From a virus, in IMG/VR virus record IMGVR_UViG_3300048912_000204: a stretch of DNA of 64,000 nucleotides; one strand, given 5' to 3'. Within the stretch, counting starts at the first letter, position 1; every line of letters starts with the position of its first letter. This document shows, in pieces, positions 9,122 through 17,760 of this stretch. The translations under genes and the position numbers were made by a program. Under the pieces are notes generated by a model, which saw only the letters and a list, made by a program, of their open reading frames with translations, was not told the origin of the DNA and did no database searches.

Positions 9122-9601
9122 CCGGGTGGGGTGGAGATCTTTCTAGCACCCGGTGATAGCCCTAGTACATATCGCTGCGGTATCCTTTTACCCGCAGGGC
9201 GCGACAGGCCACACAGTGCTTAGGAACCCTGCAACGAACGGTGCACGGTTGAGGGGACCCCGGTCCTGCTGTACCGCTCGTCACGAAATGCCCCGCAAAG
9301 TTCCTTGGGTAGCGGTAGGCTTCGTGAAGCGTTCGCCGGGATACGGCCCGAACCAGGTAACTGGATCCTTCCCGCACCAGCGGTTACCCCGTCGGGGAGT
9401 TCACCCGCGCGGGATGCGGCCCCCGGGAACGCAATGCCTTGAGCCCCCGCTCACCTGACTTGAGCGGGGGCTCTCGTGCGCCCGGAGACAGCACAACGCC
9501 CGCTCCCGTAGAGGTCTGGCTTAGGAGCGGACGTTGTGTGGCCTTCGGCTCGACCGTGCTGGAGGAGCCGCGCTGGTCATGCGCTGCACGCAGCCTAGCG
9601 G

Positions 9602-10201
9602 CTAGATCTGCGGAGTGTGGACCGTTCCCCGGGATCCGGACAGGGCCACCGTGCGGATGATCTCCGGCATCAACTGCGGAATCTGCTGGCGCTGCGCATC
9701 CGACAGGCCCAGCGCGTCGACCACCCTCTCCAAGATCAGGAACATGGCGTCCGCCTGCTGCTCCTGCAACTGGAGCTGCCGCTCCTCCACACCGATGGCG
9801 TGGCAGAGCTTGATGCACTCCCGCAGCTCCTTGCGTTCCTGCATCCACAGGTCCAGCCAGGCCGCCTCGTGCGTCGGCAGCGACTGCACCGCGCTCTTGT
9901 CATCGAAATGCTCTTCGGTCAGCGGCAGCAGGGTCGGCGCCCACAGGGCCATCTGGGACTCGATCCACCGGACCATGCCCAGGGAGCGCCGGAACGCCTC
10001 CACGGCGGCTTCTGTGGGGGTGATGTCCTCGGGGACGTCGAACCCGCCGCCGAACGCTGCTTCGTCCAGGATCCGGCGCCGGATCTGCTGGGCCTTGCGG
10101 CGGTTTGCCACCTCTTCGTTGGTGGGCCGTCCCCGGCGGACCGGTAAGTCGTCGTTGCTGCGGGGGCTGCTGCCGCCGCTGTCGCCTAACTTGGGGCTCA
10201 T
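9602..10201 (-). CDS. Probable terminase small subunit-like protein
   Basis: WLDLWMQERKELRECIKLCHAIGVEERQLQLQEQQA resembles the helical terS-like proteins of actinophages (recognised from memory); two TTA codons like the late genes. Confidence 0.5.
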   Translation of the reverse strand: MSPKLGDSGGSSPRSNDDLPVRRGRPTNEEVANRRKAQQIRRRILDEAAFGGGFDVPEDITPTEAAVEAFRRSLGMVRWIESQMALWAPTLLPLTEEHFDDKSAVQSLPTHEAAWLDLWMQERKELRECIKLCHAIGVEERQLQLQEQQADAMFLILERVVDALGLSDAQRQQIPQLMPEIIRTVALSGSRGTVHTPQI

Positions 10202-10211
10202 ATCCCGTTCC

Positions 10212-12239
10212 TCACGTCGCGAACTCCTTGCCGTCAATCAGCATCGGCACACCCCGGCCGTTGAAGCCATTCTCGATGTAACCGAAGTAGTCGTGCCACA
10301 GACTGATGCCTGCCTTCTTGACCAGGAACGAGAACTCCTCCTGGAGATCCTGCGGGATCAGCGTGATCGCGGAGTCGTGGACCTCCATCAGCAGGCCCGC
10401 TCCTCCGATGCCTTCCAGCTCCGCACGCCGGTGAATCCCCAGCCGGGCGCAGATGCCTTCGATCTCCAGGAGCCAGTGCAGCATGTACTGGCCCAGGGAG
10501 CCCTGGACGTGCTGGTTCCAGCCCAGTCGGGTGTCCTCGCCGAACCGGATGTACCGGTTCTGCCCGCCGATCAGCGGGATGTACTTGTTGCGCTGGGCGA
10601 ACCGGTCCCACTTCTCGATCGCCCGGTTCAGCTCCGGGTACGTGCGGTGGAAGCCCGCGTGGACCTCCTTCAGCTCCCAGGGCTTCATCTTGACCTTGCC
10701 GCCGGTCATCTTGACCATCATGTTCCCGAGCGTGGTCGCTCCGGCGCCGTACTCCAGGGACAGGTTCGCGACCTTGCCGACCTGGCGCGGCGCCCCCAAC
10801 TGCCCGGCGGTGAACGTGTGCAGGTCGACGTCCTCGAAGTAGGCGGCGAGCATCTTCTTGCACTGGGCCAGCAGCGCCCCGAGCCTCAGTTCGGCCTGGG
10901 AGAGGTCGTACTCCATCAGGACCCAGCCGGGCATCGTGTCCCGGACCTGCTGGGCGATCAACTGGCGGGGCGTGGGCAGGTCGTCCAGACCGACGAACGC
11001 GAGCCCTTCGAGCTTGCGGTCATGGGGCATGGCCTGGAGGTTGGCGCGCTCGATGGAGAAACGTGTGGAGACGGTACCGACCTGGCGGATCCGGGCCCGG
11101 ATGCGGGAGTCCTTGCCGCACTTGTCGGCCCACCCGGTGTAGTACATCGACTGGGCGCGCTCCAGGAGGGTGTAGATCTGCCACTCCTTGGCCCAGGGCA
11201 CCTCTTCCTCGGCCAGCTCGCGCAGCGCCTCGGAGTTCAGGGAGGGGGCTCCGGTGTCCTCGGAGCGGTAGCGGGGGATGAGGCCCAGGGAGCGGTGGCC
11301 GCGCCGGTTGACGGTGGCGGGGTCGCCGTAGAAGTACGCCTTGGCGTGGTCGCCGGTCGGCTCGAACGGCAGGGTCTCCCCCAGCCGCTTCTTGGCCTCG
11401 GCGACGCGCTGTGCGGCCTTCCTGGAGGCGCCCACGGCGTAGGGCATGCCCCGCTTCTCCTCCTTCACCAGGAGGCGCAGGACGGGCAGCAGGACGTACT
11501 TGAAGTGGTGGTACTGGGGGTGTTCGTCGGAGCCGAACTCCCGCTTCTGGACCAGGTACAGGCGCAGCGCCTTGTAGGCGTCGTCGTCGGCGTACTGCTC
11601 CATGACCTCCCAGTTGGCGAGGTCGTAGCGGGGGCCGCCCTTGCCGCCCCGCTTCTTCTTCTGGTTCTTCAGGTGCTTCTTGAGGCGTTCCTGGGAGTCC
11701 TTCTGGCCCTCGTCCGGCCACAGCCGCTCGGCGGTCTCCTTCAGTCCGAGCTGTTCGCGGGGCCACAGGACGTAGTTGGCGAGCATCGTGTCCCAGTACA
11801 ACTGGTCGGACAGGTCGATGCCGAAGCCGTGGTCCCAGCGGTACTCCATGACGCCGCCGGTCGCCATGATCACGTCGAACTGGGCGTTGTGGGCGATGAG
11901 CCGCTGCCTGCTCAGCCAGGAGGTGAGAGCCTGCCACTCCTCCAGCGGGAGGTTGATCTCCTCGGCGGACCCGAAGAGGACTTCCTGCCCGTTCCAGTCC
12001 GGTTTGCCTTCCTCGCCCTGGGCGAAGGGGAACGCGGCGGTGCGGATGTGCTCCTCGTCCTGGATGTTGTCCTCGAACCAGGCAACCGACGCGGTGGCGA
12101 TGCCGCCCTCGTCGCAGTAGAGGGCGCTGGTCTCGAAGTCGAACGCGACGGGCGTGAACAGGCCCTCGGGGAGCTGTGAGGGCAGGATGGCCACCCGCTG
12201 GATGTGCGGTGCGGCGAAGGTTGCGGGCAGAGTCTGCAT
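10212..12239 (-). CDS. polA: DNA polymerase I-like (family A) with 3'-5' exonuclease
   Basis: Exo motifs DFETS, HNAQFD and YADDD; pol motif A DLSQAELR, motif B GKVANLSLEYG and motif C EVHDS. Confidence 0.92.
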   Translation of the reverse strand: MQTLPATFAAPHIQRVAILPSQLPEGLFTPVAFDFETSALYCDEGGIATASVAWFEDNIQDEEHIRTAAFPFAQGEEGKPDWNGQEVLFGSAEEINLPLEEWQALTSWLSRQRLIAHNAQFDVIMATGGVMEYRWDHGFGIDLSDQLYWDTMLANYVLWPREQLGLKETAERLWPDEGQKDSQERLKKHLKNQKKKRGGKGGPRYDLANWEVMEQYADDDAYKALRLYLVQKREFGSDEHPQYHHFKYVLLPVLRLLVKEEKRGMPYAVGASRKAAQRVAEAKKRLGETLPFEPTGDHAKAYFYGDPATVNRRGHRSLGLIPRYRSEDTGAPSLNSEALRELAEEEVPWAKEWQIYTLLERAQSMYYTGWADKCGKDSRIRARIRQVGTVSTRFSIERANLQAMPHDRKLEGLAFVGLDDLPTPRQLIAQQVRDTMPGWVLMEYDLSQAELRLGALLAQCKKMLAAYFEDVDLHTFTAGQLGAPRQVGKVANLSLEYGAGATTLGNMMVKMTGGKVKMKPWELKEVHAGFHRTYPELNRAIEKWDRFAQRNKYIPLIGGQNRYIRFGEDTRLGWNQHVQGSLGQYMLHWLLEIEGICARLGIHRRAELEGIGGAGLLMEVHDSAITLIPQDLQEEFSFLVKKAGISLWHDYFGYIENGFNGRGVPMLIDGKEFAT

Positions 12240-12272
12240 GCGGTCTCCCGGGCGCGGCGGTCCCCCTGATAG

Positions 12273-12311
12273 CCCAGTAGGGATCTCCGGCGTCGGGAGA
12301 TCCCTACTGGG
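12273..12311. terminator. 16-bp perfect hairpin between genes
   Basis: CCCAGTAGGGATCTCC...GGAGATCCCTACTGGG. Confidence 0.5.
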
Positions 12312-12361
12312 GGCTGAGGGTTTTCGGTGAGTGGTTGGGGGCCATGCGCGCTCCGGGAGGG

Positions 12362-12649
12362 TTAGTCGTCGGTGCTGCTGGCCGTGGACGGCTTGACGTA
12401 GATGTAGACGTTGTAGGTGCCGTCGTGCTGCTTGAGGGCGGAGGTCGCGACCTCGCCGTGGTACTGGACCCAGGGGCCGCGCTTGCCTGCGCGGATCTGG
12501 TGGGCCTTGAGGCGGGCGCCGTACTTCTCATGTCCTTCGGAGTACAGCACCTTGACGCCGGGGGTCTTGCGGGCGATGGCCATGGCCTCTTGCGGGGTGC
12601 GGACGGCCTTGGTCGGGGAGACTCCCGTGCTGCGGGTTGGCGTAGTCAT
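12362..12649 (-). CDS. Basic hypothetical protein (95 aa)
   Basis: MTTPTRST start downstream of a TGATAGACT -10-like element at about 12693-12701. Confidence 0.6.
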   Translation of the reverse strand: MTTPTRSTGVSPTKAVRTPQEAMAIARKTPGVKVLYSEGHEKYGARLKAHQIRAGKRGPWVQYHGEVATSALKQHDGTYNVYIYVKPSTASSTDD

Positions 12650-12785
12650 GTGTGGGCTCGCTTTCTGACAGATACCGGTCACTATGGTGACAGTCTATCA
12701 CGTGCTAGCCTAACACCCGCTCACCAGTTCGGCCCCCCGCGAGGATCCTCACGGGGGGCCGAATCAGCCGGTTGCTCCGGGGATC

Positions 12786-13421
12786 CTAGAACTCGTCCTC
12801 GGGCTCACCGGCCGCCTGCGGCGGGATGACCGCAACCGCGTCCTGCGGGCCCACGGCCCACGGGTCCTCGGCCGGAGCCGGGGCCACAGCCGCCGGGGCG
12901 GCAGCAGCCGCCTGCTTGGCCGCGTGCGCGTCCAGGTACTCGCGCGCCTCCTGCTCCATCGGCGAGACGGCCTGCGGGTAGTCCGCCTCGTCGTGCGCGG
13001 CCAGACGACGGACCTTCATCGAGATCTTCGGCGGGGTGCCGTAGGTGTCCGTGGTCGGGAAGACCAGGACGGTGGCCTCGTCGTTGATCAGCTCGTCGGT
13101 GTCGGTCTCCGGGACGTAGCCGAACGCGTGCAGCACCTTGGCGATGGCCCACTCGTTGCCGCCGTCCAGGGCCGTGTAGTACCAGATCTTCTCCAGGTAG
13201 CCCGCGCCCACCAGGTCCGGGTGGTAACGGCCGTCCAGGGTCAGCGTCCAGGTCCACTGGATCTTGTTCGGGTTCTTCCGGGTCGGCCCCTCCTCGCAGG
13301 AGACGAGCTTGTAGACGTACGCCTCACCGTTGCCGACGGGCAGCGGCTTCAGCTCCTCGCTCTTGTCCTCGTAGCCCTGGGACGTGGCGGCCTGGACCTG
13401 CTGCTTGGTGAGCTTCGGCAT
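12786..13421 (-). CDS. Single-stranded DNA-binding protein (DUF669-like)
   Basis: OB-fold-like beta core, acidic C-terminal tail ending EPEDEF, adjacent to an AAA recombination ATPase. Confidence 0.7.
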   Translation of the reverse strand: MPKLTKQQVQAATSQGYEDKSEELKPLPVGNGEAYVYKLVSCEEGPTRKNPNKIQWTWTLTLDGRYHPDLVGAGYLEKIWYYTALDGGNEWAIAKVLHAFGYVPETDTDELINDEATVLVFPTTDTYGTPPKISMKVRRLAAHDEADYPQAVSPMEQEAREYLDAHAAKQAAAAAPAAVAPAPAEDPWAVGPQDAVAVIPPQAAGEPEDEF

Positions 13422-13465
13422 GATTCTTGTCCTCGCGTAGAAAGTGTGTGCGGTGGTACAGGGGT

Positions 13466-14488
13466 TCAGGCGGCGCGCTGCTGCTTGCGGTTGAGGCGCT
13501 GCGCCTCGCCCGCCGCGCGGACCTGCCGGTAACGCTCGATCTCCGGGTCCGTCTCCACGGTCAGCTCACCCGTGACGTAGCCGTGGATGCGCTCGAAGGT
13601 GGGGTTGACCAGCTCGAAGGGCAGGACACCCAGCCTGTCCTTGCACTGCTGGGTGAGCAGGGCCTTCGTCTTCGCGACGACCAGGGTCTCCTGGGTGGCC
13701 GGGCCGGTCTTGACCGTCTCGGCGGTGAACCGCAGGACCAGGTCGACGTATCCGCGCAGGGAGGACGAGATCTTGTTCGGCAGCTCGGGGCCGATGGCCT
13801 TGGTGCCGTTCTCGTTCTGTGCGTCGTCCTTCTCCAGGGCGGTGACGACGAAGTGGCATCCGAGGTCACGGAAGCCACGAAAAATCGTCCGGGCCTGGTT
13901 GGTGAGAAGGCCGTAGTCCTGGAGCTGGGTCTCGTGCGGCGACTCGCGGAGCTTCTTGCCGTCGGCGGCACGCTTGTCCTTGAGGATCTGCGGAAGATCC
14001 TGGTCCTTCTGGTAAGCGTAGGCCGTGATGTCTCCGAGGAGACCGGCACAGAGGTCCGTGGCGGAGTCGAAGCCGACGCCCTTGATGCAGCCCGGGGAGC
14101 GCTGGAGCATGGCGCGCAGCCGGTACAGCAGGGTTTCCAGGGACTCGTACGTGATCTCCTCGCCCTTCTCGCGGTCGGGGAAGATCACCACCTTGGACGT
14201 GTCGACGCCGAGGTTCTTGAGCGCCTGCTTCTTCAGGCCGCCCTCGGCATTGATGATGACGGTCAGGCCGTCGCCGGGGAGGTTGGCGAGGAACGCCATG
14301 CAGGAGGTCTTGCCGGTTCCCGCGTCGCCGAAGAAGAGGGCGTTGGTGAACTCGGAGGCTTCCTCCAGGGCCACGAGGCCGAGGGCTTCCATCGGGTCGA
14401 ACGGACCGGACGGGGCCACGGTGAGAGCCGGGGAGCCGGGCGCGGGAGGCTTGGGAGCCCCTGCGGTATTGGGTAGATTGCGAGGCAC
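13466..14488 (-). CDS. AAA_24/Sak4-like ATPase
   Basis: Walker A GDAGTGKTS, GFDSAT Walker-B-like motif, CKDR C-terminal motif; sits next to SSB. Confidence 0.8.
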   Translation of the reverse strand: MPRNLPNTAGAPKPPAPGSPALTVAPSGPFDPMEALGLVALEEASEFTNALFFGDAGTGKTSCMAFLANLPGDGLTVIINAEGGLKKQALKNLGVDTSKVVIFPDREKGEEITYESLETLLYRLRAMLQRSPGCIKGVGFDSATDLCAGLLGDITAYAYQKDQDLPQILKDKRAADGKKLRESPHETQLQDYGLLTNQARTIFRGFRDLGCHFVVTALEKDDAQNENGTKAIGPELPNKISSSLRGYVDLVLRFTAETVKTGPATQETLVVAKTKALLTQQCKDRLGVLPFELVNPTFERIHGYVTGELTVETDPEIERYRQVRAAGEAQRLNRKQQRAA

Positions 14489-14655
14489 GCGAATCTCATT
14501 TCATACGGGTTGACGAGTCACTTCCGGATTGGCGCCGGATCGCTAGGTACTAGAGTAGACACTTCGTTTCGACAGTGTCAACTAGGTCCCTGTCCTGCTG
14601 CGCAGGCTTCGTTGCAGCAGAAATAATCACACTACAGGGACCCACTGACAACCCC

Positions 14656-15033
14656 TCAAGGAACCTGGGGGCCCGACTCGGCCCGGTTCACCTTGGCGAG
14701 CGTGGTCTCGAAGGCCAGCAGATTGAAGACGACCGCCGCCGCGTGGTCCTCGTCCGTGTCCCCCGCGATCCACTGCGCGAGGTGCCGTATCGCGGATGCC
14801 CGGAAGCGGTCCAGCTCTTCGACGGTCCCCGCCTTCTCCCAATTGCGCAGGCCGTACTTCTCCGCGCCGCGCGTCATCAGCTCCGCCACCCGGGTCAGAA
14901 ACTGGTCGGAGAACGGGACCCCTTGCGGGAACAGCAGGTCGAAGCGGGCCTTGCCGTCCTGAGTGTCGCGGACCATGCCGGTGGTGTACGCCTCGCGCTT
15001 GCCGCTGTCCTTGGTCGTGAACTTGCCGGTCAC
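14656..15033 (-). CDS. dATP/dGTP diphosphohydrolase domain protein (DUF5664-like)
   Basis: KDSGKREAYTTGMVRDTQDGKARFDLL...GAEKYGLRNWEK...SAIRH...EDHAAAVVFN signature. Confidence 0.8.
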   Translation of the reverse strand: MTGKFTTKDSGKREAYTTGMVRDTQDGKARFDLLFPQGVPFSDQFLTRVAELMTRGAEKYGLRNWEKAGTVEELDRFRASAIRHLAQWIAGDTDEDHAAAVVFNLLAFETTLAKVNRAESGPQVP

Positions 15034-15269
15034 AGGTACCCCTTCTCCTTCAGCTCGGCCGTGCGCCAGGCGACGTAGTTCTTGCTGTAGACGAACCCGT
15101 AGGCGAACGCGGAGGCCAGGAAGCCCCACTGGTGCGTGGTGACCGCGTACGCGCCCCACAGGCCCTGTGCTCCGAGGCCGACGGCCCATCCGACCGCTTT
15201 GCTCTTCCCGGCCAGCCACAGGCCGCAGATGCCGACGGCGGTCAGGAGGTAACTCCAGTACGGATTCAC
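15030..15269 (-). CDS. PnuC-like small membrane protein
   Basis: WSYLLTAVGICGLWLAG...GWAVG...W...HQWGF hydrophobic pattern. Confidence 0.6.
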   Translation of the reverse strand: MNPYWSYLLTAVGICGLWLAGKSKAVGWAVGLGAQGLWGAYAVTTHQWGFLASAFAYGFVYSKNYVAWRTAELKEKGYL

Positions 15270-15406
15270 CGGCCGTCCCCGTCCTTCTGCTTGGTCTGGA
15301 TCAGGTAGCGCTGGAGCACGTCGTCCGAGACGGTCAGACGGACCACCAGCAGGCGATGGCGGCGCGCTTCACGACGGGCCCGCCACCGGGCTATCCACGT
15401 CTTCAC
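15266..15406 (-). CDS. Small basic protein (46 aa)
   Basis: GTGA overlaps at both ends; MKTWIARWRARR... Confidence 0.5.
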   Translation of the reverse strand: MKTWIARWRARREARRHRLLVVRLTVSDDVLQRYLIQTKQKDGDGR

Positions 15407-15678
15407 AGCCCCTCCTGGGCGTACGTCTGGGCGCACGACGGGCACAGGTCGTGTTCCTCGGTGCAGGTCCAGCCCTGGCCCCGCAGGAACGAGCGGGCCA
15501 GCTCCAGCCGGTCGGGCTTCTCCATCCGGTCGGTGACGATGAAGTCGCCCCGGACGACCGTCCAGCACTCGTCGCAGTTGACGCCGATGGAGCAGGGATA
15601 CGGGGCGTCCGGGCCGGTGTCCGGGTCCCTCAGGATCGCGAGTACTTCCTCCGGGGTGATCGCGTGCCGCTCGTTCAC
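15403..15678 (-). CDS. Hypothetical Zn-binding protein (91 aa)
   Basis: CDEC and CPSC pairs. Confidence 0.65.
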   Translation of the reverse strand: MNERHAITPEEVLAILRDPDTGPDAPYPCSIGVNCDECWTVVRGDFIVTDRMEKPDRLELARSFLRGQGWTCTEEHDLCPSCAQTYAQEGL

Positions 15679-16400
15679 GGCGCCACCCGGCCGTTCTCCT
15701 CGAAAGCCTTCCAGGTGGTGGGGTAGAGGCCCTTGAAGGCGTCTTCCATCTTCTCGGCGACCATCTCGATCTCCCGCTGGGGGTTGGAGACGAACGTGGC
15801 GTCCGGCCGGTGCGTGCGCAGGGCCAGGAAGTGCATCAGGGAGCGCGGGTTGCAGGTCGCGTACATGGAGCTGAAGATGTTCAGCGGCAGGGCCATGCGG
15901 GCGACTTCGCGGGCGATGCTGAACGGGGGTTCCAGCATCCGCAGGTATGTGTTGTATGCCTCGATGCTGATGCGCTTGAGGTCTCCGGTGACGGCCGCGT
16001 GCTGCTGGTAGCTGCCGGGCTGGAAGGTGTAGGCGCCGGGCTTGCCGACCTGTACGAGGTTGCGTTCGGGGCCGGGGATGTAGAACACCGGGTCGAGGCG
16101 CCTATATCTTCCGCTCTCCTCGTTGTAACTCCAGCCAACCCTGTGACGCTGGAACTCGCGGAAGACGAAGATCGGCGCCTTGATCATGAAGGTCATGGAG
16201 CCGTGCTCGAACGGGCTGCCGTGCTTGTCCCGCATCAGATAGTTGATCAGTCCGGCGTTCTTGGTGGGGCAGCCCTCCCCCTGCGCCCGCTCTCCGAGGG
16301 TGGAGACGCGGGCGGCGTTGCAGAGGCTGGTGTCGTCCCCGGTGAACTGGACCAGCTCCACATCGACGTCGGACCTGAACGTGGGGATCGGATCGTTCAT
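15675..16400 (-). CDS. thyX: FAD-dependent thymidylate synthase ThyX
   Basis: RHRxxSxxxxSxR-type motif (QRHRVGWSYNEESGRY); HGSPFEH; AREVARMALP. Confidence 0.92.
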   Translation of the reverse strand: MNDPIPTFRSDVDVELVQFTGDDTSLCNAARVSTLGERAQGEGCPTKNAGLINYLMRDKHGSPFEHGSMTFMIKAPIFVFREFQRHRVGWSYNEESGRYRRLDPVFYIPGPERNLVQVGKPGAYTFQPGSYQQHAAVTGDLKRISIEAYNTYLRMLEPPFSIAREVARMALPLNIFSSMYATCNPRSLMHFLALRTHRPDATFVSNPQREIEMVAEKMEDAFKGLYPTTWKAFEENGRVAP

Positions 16401-16915
16401 CAGAACATCGCCTCCGAGAGGAACTTGGGCGCCGGTACGGGGGCCCAGATGATGCGGACGGGTATCTGTGCCTGCTTGGCGAGGCGGATGCAGTTCTTGG
16501 TGCCCCGGGAGACCCGGTAGGGGGCGGCGATGAGGACGGCCGCCTTGGGCTGCTTCTCGACCATCGCCCGGTTGCGGCGGACGCCTGCGGCGGGGCAGTA
16601 GTCGGGCAGCTTGCCGGGGTGGTACACGTCGCCGGGGCGCTTGCGGATGCGGTGGCCCTCGGGGCAGGCGGCCGTGCAGTGGTCCCAGTCGGCAGGCATG
16701 GCGTCTTCGATGACTCCGAGGGCTTCTCCGCAGTCGGCGATCCACTCGTGGACGGCTTGGTCCACGGAGTCCTCCCCGGGGCAGGCGCCGTGCCGGACGA
16801 CGACCCAGCCGGGGGCGTCCAGGACGATCCGGGCCAGCTCGGTGGTGACCTTGCGGACGTCCGGGTGGAACCGGGCTCCGGTGATGATGACGTGGGTGGT
16901 GGGTGCGTTGCTCAC
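16400..16915 (-). CDS. SLOG family (DUF2493/YspA-like) protein
   Basis: VIITGAR...VVRHGACPG...AGVRRNRAMV...SRGTKNCIRLAKQAQIPV signature. Confidence 0.75.
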   Translation of the reverse strand: MSNAPTTHVIITGARFHPDVRKVTTELARIVLDAPGWVVVRHGACPGEDSVDQAVHEWIADCGEALGVIEDAMPADWDHCTAACPEGHRIRKRPGDVYHPGKLPDYCPAAGVRRNRAMVEKQPKAAVLIAAPYRVSRGTKNCIRLAKQAQIPVRIIWAPVPAPKFLSEAMF

Positions 16916-17052
16916 GGCGCGGTGCTCCAGTTGGTGATCTTGCGGCAGTGTCCGCAGGCCATCCGCCCCTTCAGCCGGTCCCACAGGGCGCGGGTGACCG
17001 AGGCCGTGTTGCGGCAGGCGGCACAGGCGGCCTGAAGGGGGTCACGCTGCAT
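16912..17052 (-). CDS. Small zinc-finger protein (46 aa)
   Basis: Manual translation MQRDPLQAACAACRNT...CGHCRKITNWSTAP; GGAG RBS. Confidence 0.6.
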   Translation of the reverse strand: MQRDPLQAACAACRNTASVTRALWDRLKGRMACGHCRKITNWSTAP

Positions 17053-17254
17053 TGCTGTCCTCCGTGGACGTGTCGGCGAGGTGCTTCCAGGTGGCGCCGG
17101 ACAGGGCGCGGCGCATGGCCCCGGCGGTGACGCCGTACTTGGTGGCGAGGTCGGCGGGGCGGGCTCCCTGGCGGTGGGCCGTACGGGCTGCCTTGACGGC
17201 CTCTTCGGTGAGGACGGCCAGGTGGTGAGCGGATCCCTTGTGTGCAGGTGACAT
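17042..17254 (-). CDS. Stand-alone HTH protein resembling HNH C-terminal DNA-binding modules
   Basis: LTEEAVKAAR...ADLATKYGVTAGAMRRALSGATW aligns by eye with the C-terminus of the adjacent HNH. Confidence 0.6.
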   Translation of the reverse strand: MSPAHKGSAHHLAVLTEEAVKAARTAHRQGARPADLATKYGVTAGAMRRALSGATWKHLADTSTEDSNAA

Positions 17255-17262
17255 GAGCGGTC

Positions 17263-17760
17263 CTAACTGTTTGAGGAGACGTCGTTCCAGGTCTCGAACC
17301 GAAGGACGGAGTAGATGGAGCGGACCTTGACGCCGAACCTCGTAGCCAGGTCCCGCGCGGGGGTCTCGGGATGGGCCCGGATGTACCGGACGGCCTCCCA
17401 GGTGAGCTTCGCTTGCCCGTGACGCTCACCGGTCTGTCGTGTTCCGTGGCGGATCTTGTCCGCCATGTTTTCGGCCCGCGTTCCCCACCGGAGGTTGGCC
17501 GCCCGGTTGTCCGTGCGGTCCCCGTTGTCGTGGCAGACCTCGTGTTGTGGGGTCGGCGGGTCTCCCAGGAAGGCGCGGGCCATCAGGATGTGGACCCGTA
17601 CCGTCTTTTGCGTCTTGTTGCCGCCCCCGTTGTGGAGCGCGACGTTCTGGTAGCCGCCGGAGTCCGTACGGGGCTTCAACCAGCGCCCCGAGCGGCCCTG
17701 GATACGCCCATCGTCGGAGAGGACGTATCCGGGGTACTCCGGCAGGATCCGGACCCTCAT
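17263..17760 (-). mobile_element. Free-standing HNH homing endonuclease
   Basis: YVLSDDGRI...VHILMARAF...VCHDNGDRTDNRAANLRWGTRAEN plus C-terminal HTH; ATG overlaps the exonuclease stop. Confidence 0.85.

Noticed and set aside
9615-12179. Long plus-strand ORFs (854 aa here; also 30408..34442, 47447..51763 and minus 45317..47179)
   Set aside because: They are antisense shadows of real high-GC3 genes, with no recognisable motifs or RBS.
14656-15033. Z-genome (2-aminoadenine) pathway suggested by the dATP/dGTP diphosphohydrolase
   Set aside because: No PurZ-like or HD-family dATPase gene is visible in the window, and this domain also occurs without them.
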